A stretch of DNA of 64,000 nucleotides. Source: Promethearchaeati archaeon SRVP18_Atabeyarchaeia-1. Lineage in GTDB: Archaea; Asgardarchaeota; Atabeyarchaeia; Atabeyarchaeales; Atabeyarchaeaceae. The notes under the pieces are model-generated. The model was given only the letters and a program-made list of their open reading frames with translations, did no database searches and had not been told where the DNA came from. Numbering within the stretch: the first letter of the stretch is position 1; the number at the start of each line of letters is the position of its first letter. Below, one piece after another: positions 1 to 9,370 of this stretch. The translations under genes were made by a program, and so were the position numbers. The stretch is from positions 128,001 through 192,000 of the forward strand of contig CP147779.1 in the NCBI GenBank assembly GCA_037308085.1, in the 5' to 3' direction.

Positions 1-195
1 GCTGCACTTGTCGCCATGGTGCCCAAGCTCAACGTTTGGGGCGTCATACGGTATTGCTTTTTCCTTCTTGACGACGTCTTCTATTCTGTCTACCGGAACG
101 AAGAGGAATTTCGCCTCTTTATCCACAAACCGCTTTATTAGCCAAGGGCACGCGGTCCTATCAACGTGTACATACTCCCGTGTTACCCATTTCAT
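1..195 (-). CDS. Chromate-resistance ChrB C-terminal/ChrF-like protein (5' part; runs off the window)
   Basis: Not in the ORF track. Manual translation from ATG 195: MKWVTREYVHVDRTACPWLIKRFVDKEAKFLFVP...PYDAPNVELGHHGDKCS, matching the WVTR..DR.ACPWLI.RF.D signature of ChrB_C/ChrF. Confidence 0.85.
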   Translation of the reverse strand, partial: MKWVTREYVHVDRTACPWLIKRFVDKEAKFLFVPVDRIEDVVKKEKAIPYDAPNVELGHHGDKCS

Positions 196-376
196 GAGAC
201 CCACCCGTTTTGGTTCGTCGCTAGCCCCGAAGATGCTCAGCATACACTTGAGCCTTGCCCTGCACAATTCGATCTCCCCAGTTTCTCCAATAATCGCAAG
301 GAAAGCGCTGCTCGTCCCCCTTGGAGGGTTATGGAGTGGAAATCGCAGGACATCATCCAGATATGCGTTCGGTTTC

Positions 377-1666
377 TCAGGACAGGTATTCCAGCGCAAT
401 CAGGGCGTACGCCTTTGAGCACAAGGTGAGATCTTTCCTAATTACGTATTCGTTCGCCGAGTGGGCTGTCTCAGAGGTGGGCCCCAGAACCACGGTTGGA
501 ATGCCTAGCTTGTTTCTGATGAATCTTGCGTCTGTCCCTCCAGGCTGGATCATGATGTGTGGTTCTTTTCCCCATGCATCAAATAGGCATTTCTTCACTA
601 GCCCAACTAAGGGTGTGCCTGGATCTTGATAGGACGGCTCAACGTTTTCGAGAGACTCAACTGTGACACCTTTAATATCCGATTCTCCGATGACTTTCTG
701 TATTCTTGCCAAGGTTTCCTGTAGGTCGCCCAGCGGTGGTACTCTTACATCAATCTCAGCGATTGCCTCATCTGGAACGACATTCGATTTAATGCCACCC
801 TTTATCATTCCCGGGCTGAAGGTTAACCGCGTGTAGAGGCGCTGAATCTGCTCGAGGTTTAGCCCGAGTATCTTATTGAACATCGAGTAGAATGGCTTTC
901 CAGTGTTGAACAGAGTGCTCAGTCTCTGATCGATTTCTATTGCGCTTTGGCTCAGCTCCTCTATCCTTGGTATTATTCTGACTAGTTTGTCAATGGCGTT
1001 TTCCCCTAGGAATGGCATGCTTGCATGCGCTGACCTGCCGGACGCTTTCACCTTGAGTGTCAGGATTCCTTTCTCGGCCACTGCAAATGCTGGCCCCCAC
1101 AATTGGTTGCAGGTTCCTTCACCAACTATGCATGCATCGACGTTCGAGTAGTAGCCCTTCTCGACGAGGAATCCTGTTCCGTATTTCCCCATCGTCTCTT
1201 CGTCAGGAACAAAGTGGAATGTGAGGTTGCCGTTGAGCTCGATATTTTTTTCGACAATCACGGAAGCTGCTTCAAGAGCTGATGCTATTGAGCCCTTCAT
1301 GTCAGCGGCTCCCCTTCCAACTAGCATCGAGCCTTTCAAGGTGCCCTTGTAAGGGTCGCTTTTCCACTCTTCTATTCTTCCCGGGGGAACCACGTCCAAG
1401 TGCCCATTCCAGACGAATGTCTTGGTGCTCGCTCCACCTCGCAGTGAGGCTATAACGTTTACGCGACCCTTGTCGGGCGCAACTGTCTCGACCTTGAAGC
1501 CTTTGCCCAGAAGGTAGTCTTTGACGAATCCAGCTATTTCGCTGACGTCCCCGGGAGGGTTGACGCTTCTGAACCCAATGAGGTCGCAACATAGTTTGAC
1601 TATCTCATCTTCCCGAGCACCTATCTCGTTCAAGACATCTTTGTAGTCGTTCAAAATGGACACCAC
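377..1666 (-). CDS. M20 family (ArgE/DapE-like) metallo-amidohydrolase
   Basis: NGHLDVVP, GRGAADMKG, DEE, and C-terminal AHSANE metal-ligand motifs; starts 20 bp after the ftr-like stop. Confidence 0.9.
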   Translation of the reverse strand: MVSILNDYKDVLNEIGAREDEIVKLCCDLIGFRSVNPPGDVSEIAGFVKDYLLGKGFKVETVAPDKGRVNVIASLRGGASTKTFVWNGHLDVVPPGRIEEWKSDPYKGTLKGSMLVGRGAADMKGSIASALEAASVIVEKNIELNGNLTFHFVPDEETMGKYGTGFLVEKGYYSNVDACIVGEGTCNQLWGPAFAVAEKGILTLKVKASGRSAHASMPFLGENAIDKLVRIIPRIEELSQSAIEIDQRLSTLFNTGKPFYSMFNKILGLNLEQIQRLYTRLTFSPGMIKGGIKSNVVPDEAIAEIDVRVPPLGDLQETLARIQKVIGESDIKGVTVESLENVEPSYQDPGTPLVGLVKKCLFDAWGKEPHIMIQPGGTDARFIRNKLGIPTVVLGPTSETAHSANEYVIRKDLTLCSKAYALIALEYLS

Positions 1667-1686
1667 CGCAGTTTATGAGTGTTGAT

Positions 1687-2745
1687 TCATAATTGGCTAA
1701 GTAGTTCCCTCAGATATATCTTGTATCTTCCCAGTTTTCCTCCGTAGTTTCCGGCGGAGATCTTGATGACGCCATCCATCTCGTGGACGCTCTTCATTCC
1801 CTTTTTGAGGGCTTTCTTCACGGCATCCAAGGAGACTCCGTCGACCACGATTTCTGGGATTGATTTCACACCGATAGGCACTTTCGTCCTATTCTTGAGC
1901 TTATCCCGTAGAGTTGAGCAGTAGAGATAGTTTGTCGGAGGACCGATTGGCGGGTAATCTTCTGCAGCTGAACCTGAAGGGCAGACGTAGAATGGTGTAA
2001 TTACACCCTCAACTTGCTTTATTGCTTCCAATACTTTTCTGCCAGCTTTTCGACCTGTCTCCACGCTGTCACAGAGCAGCCACAGGTTGCCGCCCGAGAC
2101 GCCGATGCCACATCTTAGGTATCGATCCGTCTTGAAGTCATAGCCCATCATCAGGGGAACGTTGATCGTCTCTCTGCCGTTCTCAGAGGAGAACCATTCA
2201 TAGCCTCCGCCACATTTACCTATCCGCTCTTCAGTATCTATGGCAAGATTGCCCTCGCTTGTCTCCCCTCCTGGATGGGGTAAAGCGAATACTCTGGTTG
2301 TGCTGACTGAGAGAACGTCTTGGCGAATTCTGATGGACATCTCCTTATAGAACCTCTCCAATTGCCTTGGGATGTCTTCGTTTTCATCGAATCTTCCCCA
2401 AAGCTGAACTACCACTCCTTCACGGTTGTCTGGAGTTTGCTTTCTCGTCAGCCATCTCTCTATCCCGCCCTCGATTCTTCCAACGACAACCGAAGGAGTT
2501 GCTGTGCACCTATATGCCGCTAATCGCAACTCGTCGTATTCTATCCCGGGGTTACTCCTATCGCTTGCCTTCAGACCCCTTTCACCGGTGATTAATAGCC
2601 GCACGTACAACCCAGAAAAAGCTTCTGCAAAAGTATCTTCAACATTCTCGTATCCTCCCTTCTCAGCGGGCACTTGGAAGATCTTCCTCCGGATTTTGGG
2701 CATGGCTGGACCAATAGTCTGGCGTATTTGGCCTGGGTTTGGCAA
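1687..2745 (-). CDS. Formylmethanofuran:H4MPT formyltransferase-like protein (divergent Ftr paralog)
   Basis: VEDTFAEAF, EGGIE, TPDNREG, GVSGGN, PEIVVDG, ISAGNYGGKLG are Ftr-fold motifs. It lacks the canonical TSVIxCxxEAG and RIGQC segments (has TPSVVVGRIEGG and RIRQDVL). Alternative ATG at 2703. Confidence 0.85.
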   Translation of the reverse strand: MPNPGQIRQTIGPAMPKIRRKIFQVPAEKGGYENVEDTFAEAFSGLYVRLLITGERGLKASDRSNPGIEYDELRLAAYRCTATPSVVVGRIEGGIERWLTRKQTPDNREGVVVQLWGRFDENEDIPRQLERFYKEMSIRIRQDVLSVSTTRVFALPHPGGETSEGNLAIDTEERIGKCGGGYEWFSSENGRETINVPLMMGYDFKTDRYLRCGIGVSGGNLWLLCDSVETGRKAGRKVLEAIKQVEGVITPFYVCPSGSAAEDYPPIGPPTNYLYCSTLRDKLKNRTKVPIGVKSIPEIVVDGVSLDAVKKALKKGMKSVHEMDGVIKISAGNYGGKLGRYKIYLRELLSQL

Positions 2746-2758
2746 GAAGCGTCAGGGA

Positions 2759-4165
2759 TCAGGGACGATCCTCTAGCTTAGGGTATGTCTTCCATTTTGA
2801 CTGTACCTTCTTGATCATTTCCTGCGTATTCCTCCCTATGTCGCTCCTGTGCCTTAGGGCACCCTTTACATATCGGGTGGCGCCTTCCGCAATACTCTCA
2901 GCCTCTTCAAGAGACTCGGATATTCCGAGGACTGCCAAGGCTCTGGACTTCGTTGTAAGAATACCTTCATCACTCATGTTTACACTTGCCCAATAGTACC
3001 TCGCACCTGTATTCCTCATCCCTTCCTGATCCACCTCGACTCGTTGATTCTCTTTCGGATTCTCTGGATAGCCTTCAGGGACAAGGTACTTGCACACGGT
3101 TGCCCTATTGGCGAACCTCAGCTTCTTGGCACTCAGTGTTTCGTCGACCATGCTCCAATAGATTTCGATTGGATCATCATTTTCGAGTATCGGCAATATA
3201 TTGATAGCTTCTGAGTCACCGAGTCGCACGTTCGCTTCGGTGAGTATTGTTGTTGGTCTCCGCTTAGCCGGGCTTATCCCTTTCATCATCTGAGCGTATA
3301 GAAATCCGTGGTATCGCTCTCCAGTTTCCTTTGCTAGCGCAGAAGTGATGTTCAGTACCATCTGGGCAGTTTCTTCATACTCTCTTCTTGAGAAAAATGG
3401 CATAAGCTGGTCGCTTTGACTGTAGCTACCCATGCCGCCTGTGTTTGGACCTTCGTTGTCTTCGTAGGCTCGTTTATAATCTTGCACACATGGTGCCGGT
3501 ACGACGCTCTTGCCATCGGTGAATGTCTGTATGGTTACTTCAAGTGGGTACAGTATTTTCTCCTCGATTACTACTGATTGGAGTCCTCCTGGCTTGTCTT
3601 TCAGTATGGACTCGACATATTCCTTTGTTTCGTCGGAGTCCGTGAGTTGTTCGCCCGTAAGTTTCACTCCTTTTCCCCCTGTCAGCCCCGAAGGTTTTAT
3701 TGCCAGAGGGATCCCCTTCTTATTCATTTCTTCAATGTAACTGAAAGCTTCAACCGGGCTCGTGAATGAACGGTACTCTGGATAATACAGGATGTTGTGT
3801 TTCCTCATTAGGTCTCTGCAGTAGCTCTTATCTCCTTCTATCATTGCACATGCTTTGACCGGACCGACGCACGGGATCTTGTTTCTTGCCAAAGCGTCGG
3901 CCACGCCAGATACCAAGGGATCCTCGGGTCCGATAACCGCTATGTCGATTCGCTTCTCCACGGCATAGTCAGCGACTACCTGTGGGCTGCTGGTTGCACC
4001 CTTTGCCCCGATCCTGTAGTTTCCTTTGCTGCCACAGAGTTTTGCGATGCTCGGGTTCAACTTGTCGGAAATAACGTAAAGTATTGTTGAAGGACTTGTC
4101 GTTACGCTTTCAGCAATTGCCGCCTCTCTTCCTCCAGATCCGACTAGCAGTACCTTTGTCGCCAA
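2759..4165 (-). CDS. purD: Phosphoribosylamine-glycine ligase (GAR synthetase)
   Basis: VLLVGSGGRE, GPEDPL, GGKGV, QDYKRAYEDNEGPNTGGMG, RSDIG. Confidence 0.96.
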   Translation of the reverse strand: MATKVLLVGSGGREAAIAESVTTSPSTILYVISDKLNPSIAKLCGSKGNYRIGAKGATSSPQVVADYAVEKRIDIAVIGPEDPLVSGVADALARNKIPCVGPVKACAMIEGDKSYCRDLMRKHNILYYPEYRSFTSPVEAFSYIEEMNKKGIPLAIKPSGLTGGKGVKLTGEQLTDSDETKEYVESILKDKPGGLQSVVIEEKILYPLEVTIQTFTDGKSVVPAPCVQDYKRAYEDNEGPNTGGMGSYSQSDQLMPFFSRREYEETAQMVLNITSALAKETGERYHGFLYAQMMKGISPAKRRPTTILTEANVRLGDSEAINILPILENDDPIEIYWSMVDETLSAKKLRFANRATVCKYLVPEGYPENPKENQRVEVDQEGMRNTGARYYWASVNMSDEGILTTKSRALAVLGISESLEEAESIAEGATRYVKGALRHRSDIGRNTQEMIKKVQSKWKTYPKLEDRP

Positions 4166-4262
4166 TATCCCTCACCCTCAACTTGCCGCTGTTGCACGCA
4201 TCTTCTGAATTCGCGCGCCGCTCAGCAGACTGAAGCGATAGTATTTTTCTGGCTCGGGCAAT

Positions 4263-5702
4263 TCATTGCGCTCTGCTTCCAAGGGTGGCCTCAAGCAGCT
4301 CCATTTGAGGAGGAGCATTCAAAGGATACTCTCCCGTAAGGCATGCCATGCAGAGTTGGTTATGTGGCAAGCCTATGCTCCTCACAAGTCCATCTATATT
4401 CATGTACCCCAGCGTGTCAGCGCCTACATCTCTCCTGATTTCCTCAATAGTCTTCATGGATGCAATCAGTTCCCGCCTCGTGGGGAAATCTATCCCCATG
4501 TAGCATGAGGAAATGATCGGGGGGCAACTGATTCTTAGATGGACTTTTCTTGCGCCACCGACAGTCTTGAGCAGGTTCACAATAAACTTAGATGTCGTTG
4601 ATCTTACGATGCTGTCATCTATGACTACTATCTCCTTTCCCGCAGTCACAGATCTAATTGGATTTAGCTTTAACCTTACGAGAAGCTCACGATCCTCTGC
4701 CTTGGGAGTAATGAATATCCTGCCGACATAGCGATTCTTCATTAGGCCTTCGGCGAGTGGTATCCCAGACTCTTCAGAGAAACCAGCAGCAGCCGCTCTC
4801 CCCGAGTCCGGAACTGGTATCACATAGTCAGCTTTCACAGGGTGAAGTTTCCAGAGGAATCTGCCCAGTCTCTTCCTTACTTCCCAGACAGCCTTTCCAT
4901 CTATGACGGAGTCTGGGCGGCTAAAGTAGACAAACTCAAACATGCAAAGTGCTTTACGCTGAACGCTGACGGCACGTTCTCGCTCAAACCCTGTTTCGTC
5001 AACCCTAATGATCTCACCAGGGTGTACGTCGCCTATTGTCTTGCCTCCTACTGCCTCCACAGCTGGAGACTCAGAGGCAATCACGTGTGCGTATTGGTTT
5101 ATTGAGCCTAGGCAGAGCGGTTTGAAGCCTCTTGGATCCCTCATGGCGCATAGTTCTCCTTTGTTGCTAAGGAGAATCATTGAGTAAGATCCATCGAGGA
5201 TGCTCATACTCCCTTTGAGTGCTTCGAGGTAGCTTCCTGTCTCTTTTACCTTCGAGGCAATCAACCGAGCAAGTACTTCAGTGTCTGTATCTGTCTTGAA
5301 AGCCTCGCCCTCAGCCTTGAGGGACTCTCTAAGTTGCATGAAATTGCTTATTGTTCCATTGAAAGCCAAAGCAAAATTGGCGTGTGGGGACTGTAGCAGA
5401 AATGGCTGGGCATTGGCGACATTGCTCTCTGAGGTTGTGCTATATCTCACATGACCAATTGAGGCGTTCCCCCCGAGGCTGTCAAGTATCGTCTTGTTGA
5501 ACACTTGTGTAGCAAGTCCCATTCCCTTGTAACCAGTGAGCTCCCCGTGTGATAGATCCTTGAACGTGTAGATGCCGGCGCTTTCTTGGCCCCGATGCTG
5601 CAGAGAGACAAGACCGTTGTAGGTATGGTGGGGAACTGCCTCAGGGTACTTCCTTGAATAGATTCCGAAGACCCCGCAAGACTCCCTAGCCTTCTCGCCC
5701 AC
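4263..5702 (-). CDS. purF: Amidophosphoribosyltransferase
   Basis: Short propeptide then CGVFG, QHRGQESAG, GHVRYST, PRPP loop VIDDSIVRSTT, Fe-S cysteines (CMFE, CYMG, CMAC). Confidence 0.97.
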   Translation of the reverse strand: MGEKARESCGVFGIYSRKYPEAVPHHTYNGLVSLQHRGQESAGIYTFKDLSHGELTGYKGMGLATQVFNKTILDSLGGNASIGHVRYSTTSESNVANAQPFLLQSPHANFALAFNGTISNFMQLRESLKAEGEAFKTDTDTEVLARLIASKVKETGSYLEALKGSMSILDGSYSMILLSNKGELCAMRDPRGFKPLCLGSINQYAHVIASESPAVEAVGGKTIGDVHPGEIIRVDETGFERERAVSVQRKALCMFEFVYFSRPDSVIDGKAVWEVRKRLGRFLWKLHPVKADYVIPVPDSGRAAAAGFSEESGIPLAEGLMKNRYVGRIFITPKAEDRELLVRLKLNPIRSVTAGKEIVVIDDSIVRSTTSKFIVNLLKTVGGARKVHLRISCPPIISSCYMGIDFPTRRELIASMKTIEEIRRDVGADTLGYMNIDGLVRSIGLPHNQLCMACLTGEYPLNAPPQMELLEATLGSRAQ

Positions 5703-5706
5703 CCGC

Positions 5707-7926
5707 CTAGACGCCTCCTATTGATCCACCTATCGATTCAAACCACGCCTTGCGCATGGGTTCCACGCCGCAGGTCAGTACTTTCTCTTTCTTATCACTC
5801 ATCATCAATTCGCCCGTATCAGTAACTTTTCCTACCTCGGCAACCCTAGCGCCGAGATTAGATGCCAATGAGAGAAATTCGTCGAGGTTCTTTCTTGAGA
5901 TCGTCATTATGAATCTTGAGTTACTTTCTGAGAAGAGTAATTCGTCTCTCTGCATTTTGTCTCCTGGAACTTCAGGCAAGTCTATCTCGGCACCGAGCCC
6001 ACTGAGAACGCACATCTCACCTACTGCAACCGCGAGCCCGCCATCTGAGCAGTCGTGGACGGTTTCAGTCAGACCTTGGCAAATTGATTTGTATGCCAGC
6101 ATCATTGAGCGCCTTTCTTCAGAGCCAAAGAATTTCGGAGGCTCTCCTCCAGTGATGTTGTGAATCCAGTTGTAGTATTCTGATCCACCCAACTCGCGTC
6201 TCGTCTTACCTACGATGTAGATTGAGTCGCCGTGCTCCTTGAAGGGTATCGTTGCGAGATGACGTACGTCTTCGATTAGACCGAGAACTGCGACAACTGG
6301 GCTGGGTTTCACTGCCTTTCCAGTTGCAGAATCTTCGTTGTAGAAACTCACCTTTCCCCCTATGCAAGGAACGCCGAGTGCTTTGCATGCATCAGCCATT
6401 CCTCTTACTGCTTCCCGGAACTGCCAGAAGACATCAGGTCTTTCTGGGTTCCCGAAATTGCAGTGGTCAACCATGGCAATCGGCTCAGCTCCGACTGCAG
6501 CAACGTTGCGACATGCCTCGGCAAGCGCACTCGCGCCTCCATTATATGGATCTAAAGATGTTCGCCGGGAATTTCCGTCAGCCTTTACCGCCAACCCCTT
6601 GTTCGTTCCGATGAGCCTTAGAACTGCGGCGTCCGCTTGACCAAGCTTCAATACTGTTCTGACGCCGACTTCAAAATCGTATTGCCGGTAGATCCATTCC
6701 TTGCTAGCTACGTTCGGAGATGAAAGCAATTTGATGAGAGTTTCCGAAAGATCTGTTGGGGGTTCCGGCTTGCGTGCCTTTCCTATCTGGCTCAAGTTGT
6801 CTGGCTTTTTGGCTTCTCTCTTGGCGATTGGAGCTTTTGCAGCCAATTCTGCAGGCAGATCAGCAACGATTCTATCATCTACCTTGACGACTACATTTCT
6901 CGTTTCAGTGACCCTACCAATTATCGAGTAAGGTAGTTCGTACTTGTCAAATACTCTGAGGACTTCCTCCACTCCAGACGGTTCGACAACAAACAGCATC
7001 CTTTCCTGTGACTCCGACAGCATTATCTCGTACGGAGTCATTCCACTCTCCCTTAACCGAACCTTTGACAGATCAATCTCTATACCCGTTCCTCCATCCG
7101 CGGCAATCTCAATTGCGCCACAAGTCAGCCCGCCTCCGCCGAGATCCTTCAGTCCCCGAACGTGATTCGTCTCAATTGCCGCCAAGGTCGCTTCAATTAT
7201 AATGTTCTTTAAGAAAGGATCGCCAACCTGAACTGCGGGTCTGTCCACGTCAGATTCGCCACTTAGAACCCTCGAGGCAAAGGTTACCCCATGAAGGCCA
7301 TCACGCCCCGTGGAACCTCCTGCAAGTATCACGATGTCTCCAGGGAACCTTGCTCCACCAGCGATTATCCTATCTCGCTTGGCTATTCCGACGCATCCAA
7401 CACAAACCAGACAATTCATTTCAAATGAGGGGTCAAACTCGACTTCTCCCGTTACGGTTGGAACGCCAACACTATTTCCGTAGTCGGCTATTCCCTTGAC
7501 AACATATTTCAGTAGCCATCTTGATCTCGCGCTCGTGATTGAGCCAAAGCGCAGAGGATCCATTAACGCGATTGGTCTCGTCCCCATGCTCAGAACGTCT
7601 CTCAACACTCCTCCTATACCCGTCCCCGCGCCATTGTAAGGGTCGATTGCGCTCGGGTGGTTGTGAGATTCTATTTTGAGTGTTGCAGCAAGTCCGTCTC
7701 CTATATCCACTACGCCAGCATCGTAGCCTGGACCAATTATCACGCGTGCGCTCGTTGTAGGTAGGAGCTTGATAACTGGGCGAGAGGATTTGTAGCAGAT
7801 GTGTTCAGAGAACATGGTGTCGAACATACCCCACTCCACTTCATTTGGCTCCCTGCGGAGTGACCTGCGGACGTATCTGATTTCTTCGTCAGTCAGATCT
7901 ACTTTCACTCCGACTGAGGTGGACAT
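5707..7926 (-). CDS. purL: FGAM synthase subunit PurL
   Basis: FSEHICYKSS, ESHNHPSAIDPYNGA, DLGGGGL, SESQERM, HDCSDGGL, LFSES. Confidence 0.97.
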   Translation of the reverse strand: MSTSVGVKVDLTDEEIRYVRRSLRREPNEVEWGMFDTMFSEHICYKSSRPVIKLLPTTSARVIIGPGYDAGVVDIGDGLAATLKIESHNHPSAIDPYNGAGTGIGGVLRDVLSMGTRPIALMDPLRFGSITSARSRWLLKYVVKGIADYGNSVGVPTVTGEVEFDPSFEMNCLVCVGCVGIAKRDRIIAGGARFPGDIVILAGGSTGRDGLHGVTFASRVLSGESDVDRPAVQVGDPFLKNIIIEATLAAIETNHVRGLKDLGGGGLTCGAIEIAADGGTGIEIDLSKVRLRESGMTPYEIMLSESQERMLFVVEPSGVEEVLRVFDKYELPYSIIGRVTETRNVVVKVDDRIVADLPAELAAKAPIAKREAKKPDNLSQIGKARKPEPPTDLSETLIKLLSSPNVASKEWIYRQYDFEVGVRTVLKLGQADAAVLRLIGTNKGLAVKADGNSRRTSLDPYNGGASALAEACRNVAAVGAEPIAMVDHCNFGNPERPDVFWQFREAVRGMADACKALGVPCIGGKVSFYNEDSATGKAVKPSPVVAVLGLIEDVRHLATIPFKEHGDSIYIVGKTRRELGGSEYYNWIHNITGGEPPKFFGSEERRSMMLAYKSICQGLTETVHDCSDGGLAVAVGEMCVLSGLGAEIDLPEVPGDKMQRDELLFSESNSRFIMTISRKNLDEFLSLASNLGARVAEVGKVTDTGELMMSDKKEKVLTCGVEPMRKAWFESIGGSIGGV

Positions 7927-7929
7927 CTT

Positions 7930-8640
7930 CTACTGGTCACCTCCCGCAAACTCTATCATTGAGCGGAGTATTGATAGCCCGTCCTCGGTTCCGTTTGGGC
8001 TGAGAATTCGTTCTGACGATCTTTCTGGATGTGGCATTAGTCCAGCAACATTTCCCTCAGTATTACAGATCCCCGCAATATTGTCCAGTGCGCCGTTGGG
8101 GTTTGATTCATCTGTCGTCTCGCCTGACTTGTCCACATATTTGAAAACAATCTGGTTGTTCCTCTTCATCTCTTGCATGGCTTCTTCGTCAATGAAGTAC
8201 CTGCCTTCGCCGTGGGCGATGGGCAGGGAAAGTATCGCTCCTTTGGTCAGGCTTCGCGTGAGAGGGGACTTGTTGTTCTCCACCCGCAAATATATCCACT
8301 TGCATACAAAAGTCAGGCATGAGTTTCTTAGTAGCGCACCAGGAAGCAGACCAGATTCAACAAGGATCTGGAACCCGTTGCAGATGCCAAGAACAGGTTT
8401 GCCGTCTGCTGCCATTCGCCTTATGCTCTTCAATGCTGGGCTGAATGCTGCTATGATCCCTGCGCGTAGGTGGTCCCCATAAGAGAACCCGCCAGGCAGA
8501 ATGGCAATATCATAGTCATGGTCATTAAATTCCTTGTGCCAAATTAAGCGAGCATCTACCCTCAAAACATCTTTCAAAACATGAAGGGTGTCGTACCTGC
8601 AGTTTGAACCCGGGAAGTCTATGATAGCGACTTTGAGCAT
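7930..8640 (-). CDS. purQ: FGAM synthase glutaminase subunit PurQ
   Basis: FPGSNC, PGGFSYGDHLRAG, GICNGFQIL, MPHPER. Confidence 0.97.
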   Translation of the reverse strand: MLKVAIIDFPGSNCRYDTLHVLKDVLRVDARLIWHKEFNDHDYDIAILPGGFSYGDHLRAGIIAAFSPALKSIRRMAADGKPVLGICNGFQILVESGLLPGALLRNSCLTFVCKWIYLRVENNKSPLTRSLTKGAILSLPIAHGEGRYFIDEEAMQEMKRNNQIVFKYVDKSGETTDESNPNGALDNIAGICNTEGNVAGLMPHPERSSERILSPNGTEDGLSILRSMIEFAGGDQ

Positions 8641-8676
8641 CTGTACCCCCCGAAGTCCTTTTCCAATTCTTCTGAC

Positions 8677-8943
8677 CTACTCTTCAACTCCCTTGACGTG
8701 AATTGAGCACGTGTGCGCCACGGGATTGAATATCCTGAGGTCGTTGCACATTCTGAAGATGATGCTCTTCGCGTCGTCTTCTGATCGTGCTTCAACCTTG
8801 GCCCTAAGAAGTTTTGCCGCTCTGATGGACTTCACTTCGCCGTATCCGCCTTTGTTTACGAGATCTCTCCAGATTGTTTCTCCTTCTGGATCCCTCGCGG
8901 CGGGTTTGTTCTCAATCACGATTTCAACCGTGAAAAGAGACAT
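8677..8943 (-). CDS. purS: FGAM synthase subunit PurS
   Basis: 88 aa with KPAARDPEG and NPV motifs; directly upstream of purQ; GGAGG SD. Confidence 0.93.
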   Translation of the reverse strand: MSLFTVEIVIENKPAARDPEGETIWRDLVNKGGYGEVKSIRAAKLLRAKVEARSEDDAKSIIFRMCNDLRIFNPVAHTCSIHVKGVEE

Positions 8944-9099
8944 GTCGTTCTCCTCCCGTTCTTAGCGCTCACACGGATCTAGTGATATTTCCTCTCGGCT
9001 TTGCATGGGAGAGTAATGCCAAATTCCAAGGAACATCAGGTTCCGGATTCGCTCAACATTGAGGGGAAATACATGGTTGCTCTTCCATCGGGCTTGACT

Positions 9100-9155
9100 T
9101 TGCTCAGGCGTCCGCGGCTTCACCAGCGGTCGATCGCGGGCAATTCATCGTATGA
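9100..9155 (-). ncRNA. Candidate box C/D methylation guide sRNA
   Basis: Minus strand reads ACGATGA (C, 9151-9145), 11-nt guide, TCGA (D'), CCGC, TGGTGA (C'), 12-nt guide, CTGA (D, 9107-9104). This is canonical archaeal spacing, in an intergenic region. Confidence 0.65.
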
Positions 9156-9370
9156 TTCGGGATGGTTCTGGGCAGGCATTTCTCTACATTATCGGAGAAG
9201 GAAAAAGGTTTCTAATAAGGCATTCTGTCGCCCAGAGGGAATAGACATGGGCAAGTATATTCCGAGCATTTTTGTAGCCCGATCCGCGTGGAATAGACAG
9301 AAAAGTGTCTACAAGGCTTGGTTTAGGGTAGGCAGACTGCGCCCAGAATCTGGGTAGTTGCTCATTCCTT

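Noticed and set aside
4222-4268. 12-mer ATGAATTGCCCG shared with the C/D candidate at 9137-9148, with a downstream CTGA
   Set aside because: No acceptable C or C' box, and chance 12-mer matches are expected in 64 kb.
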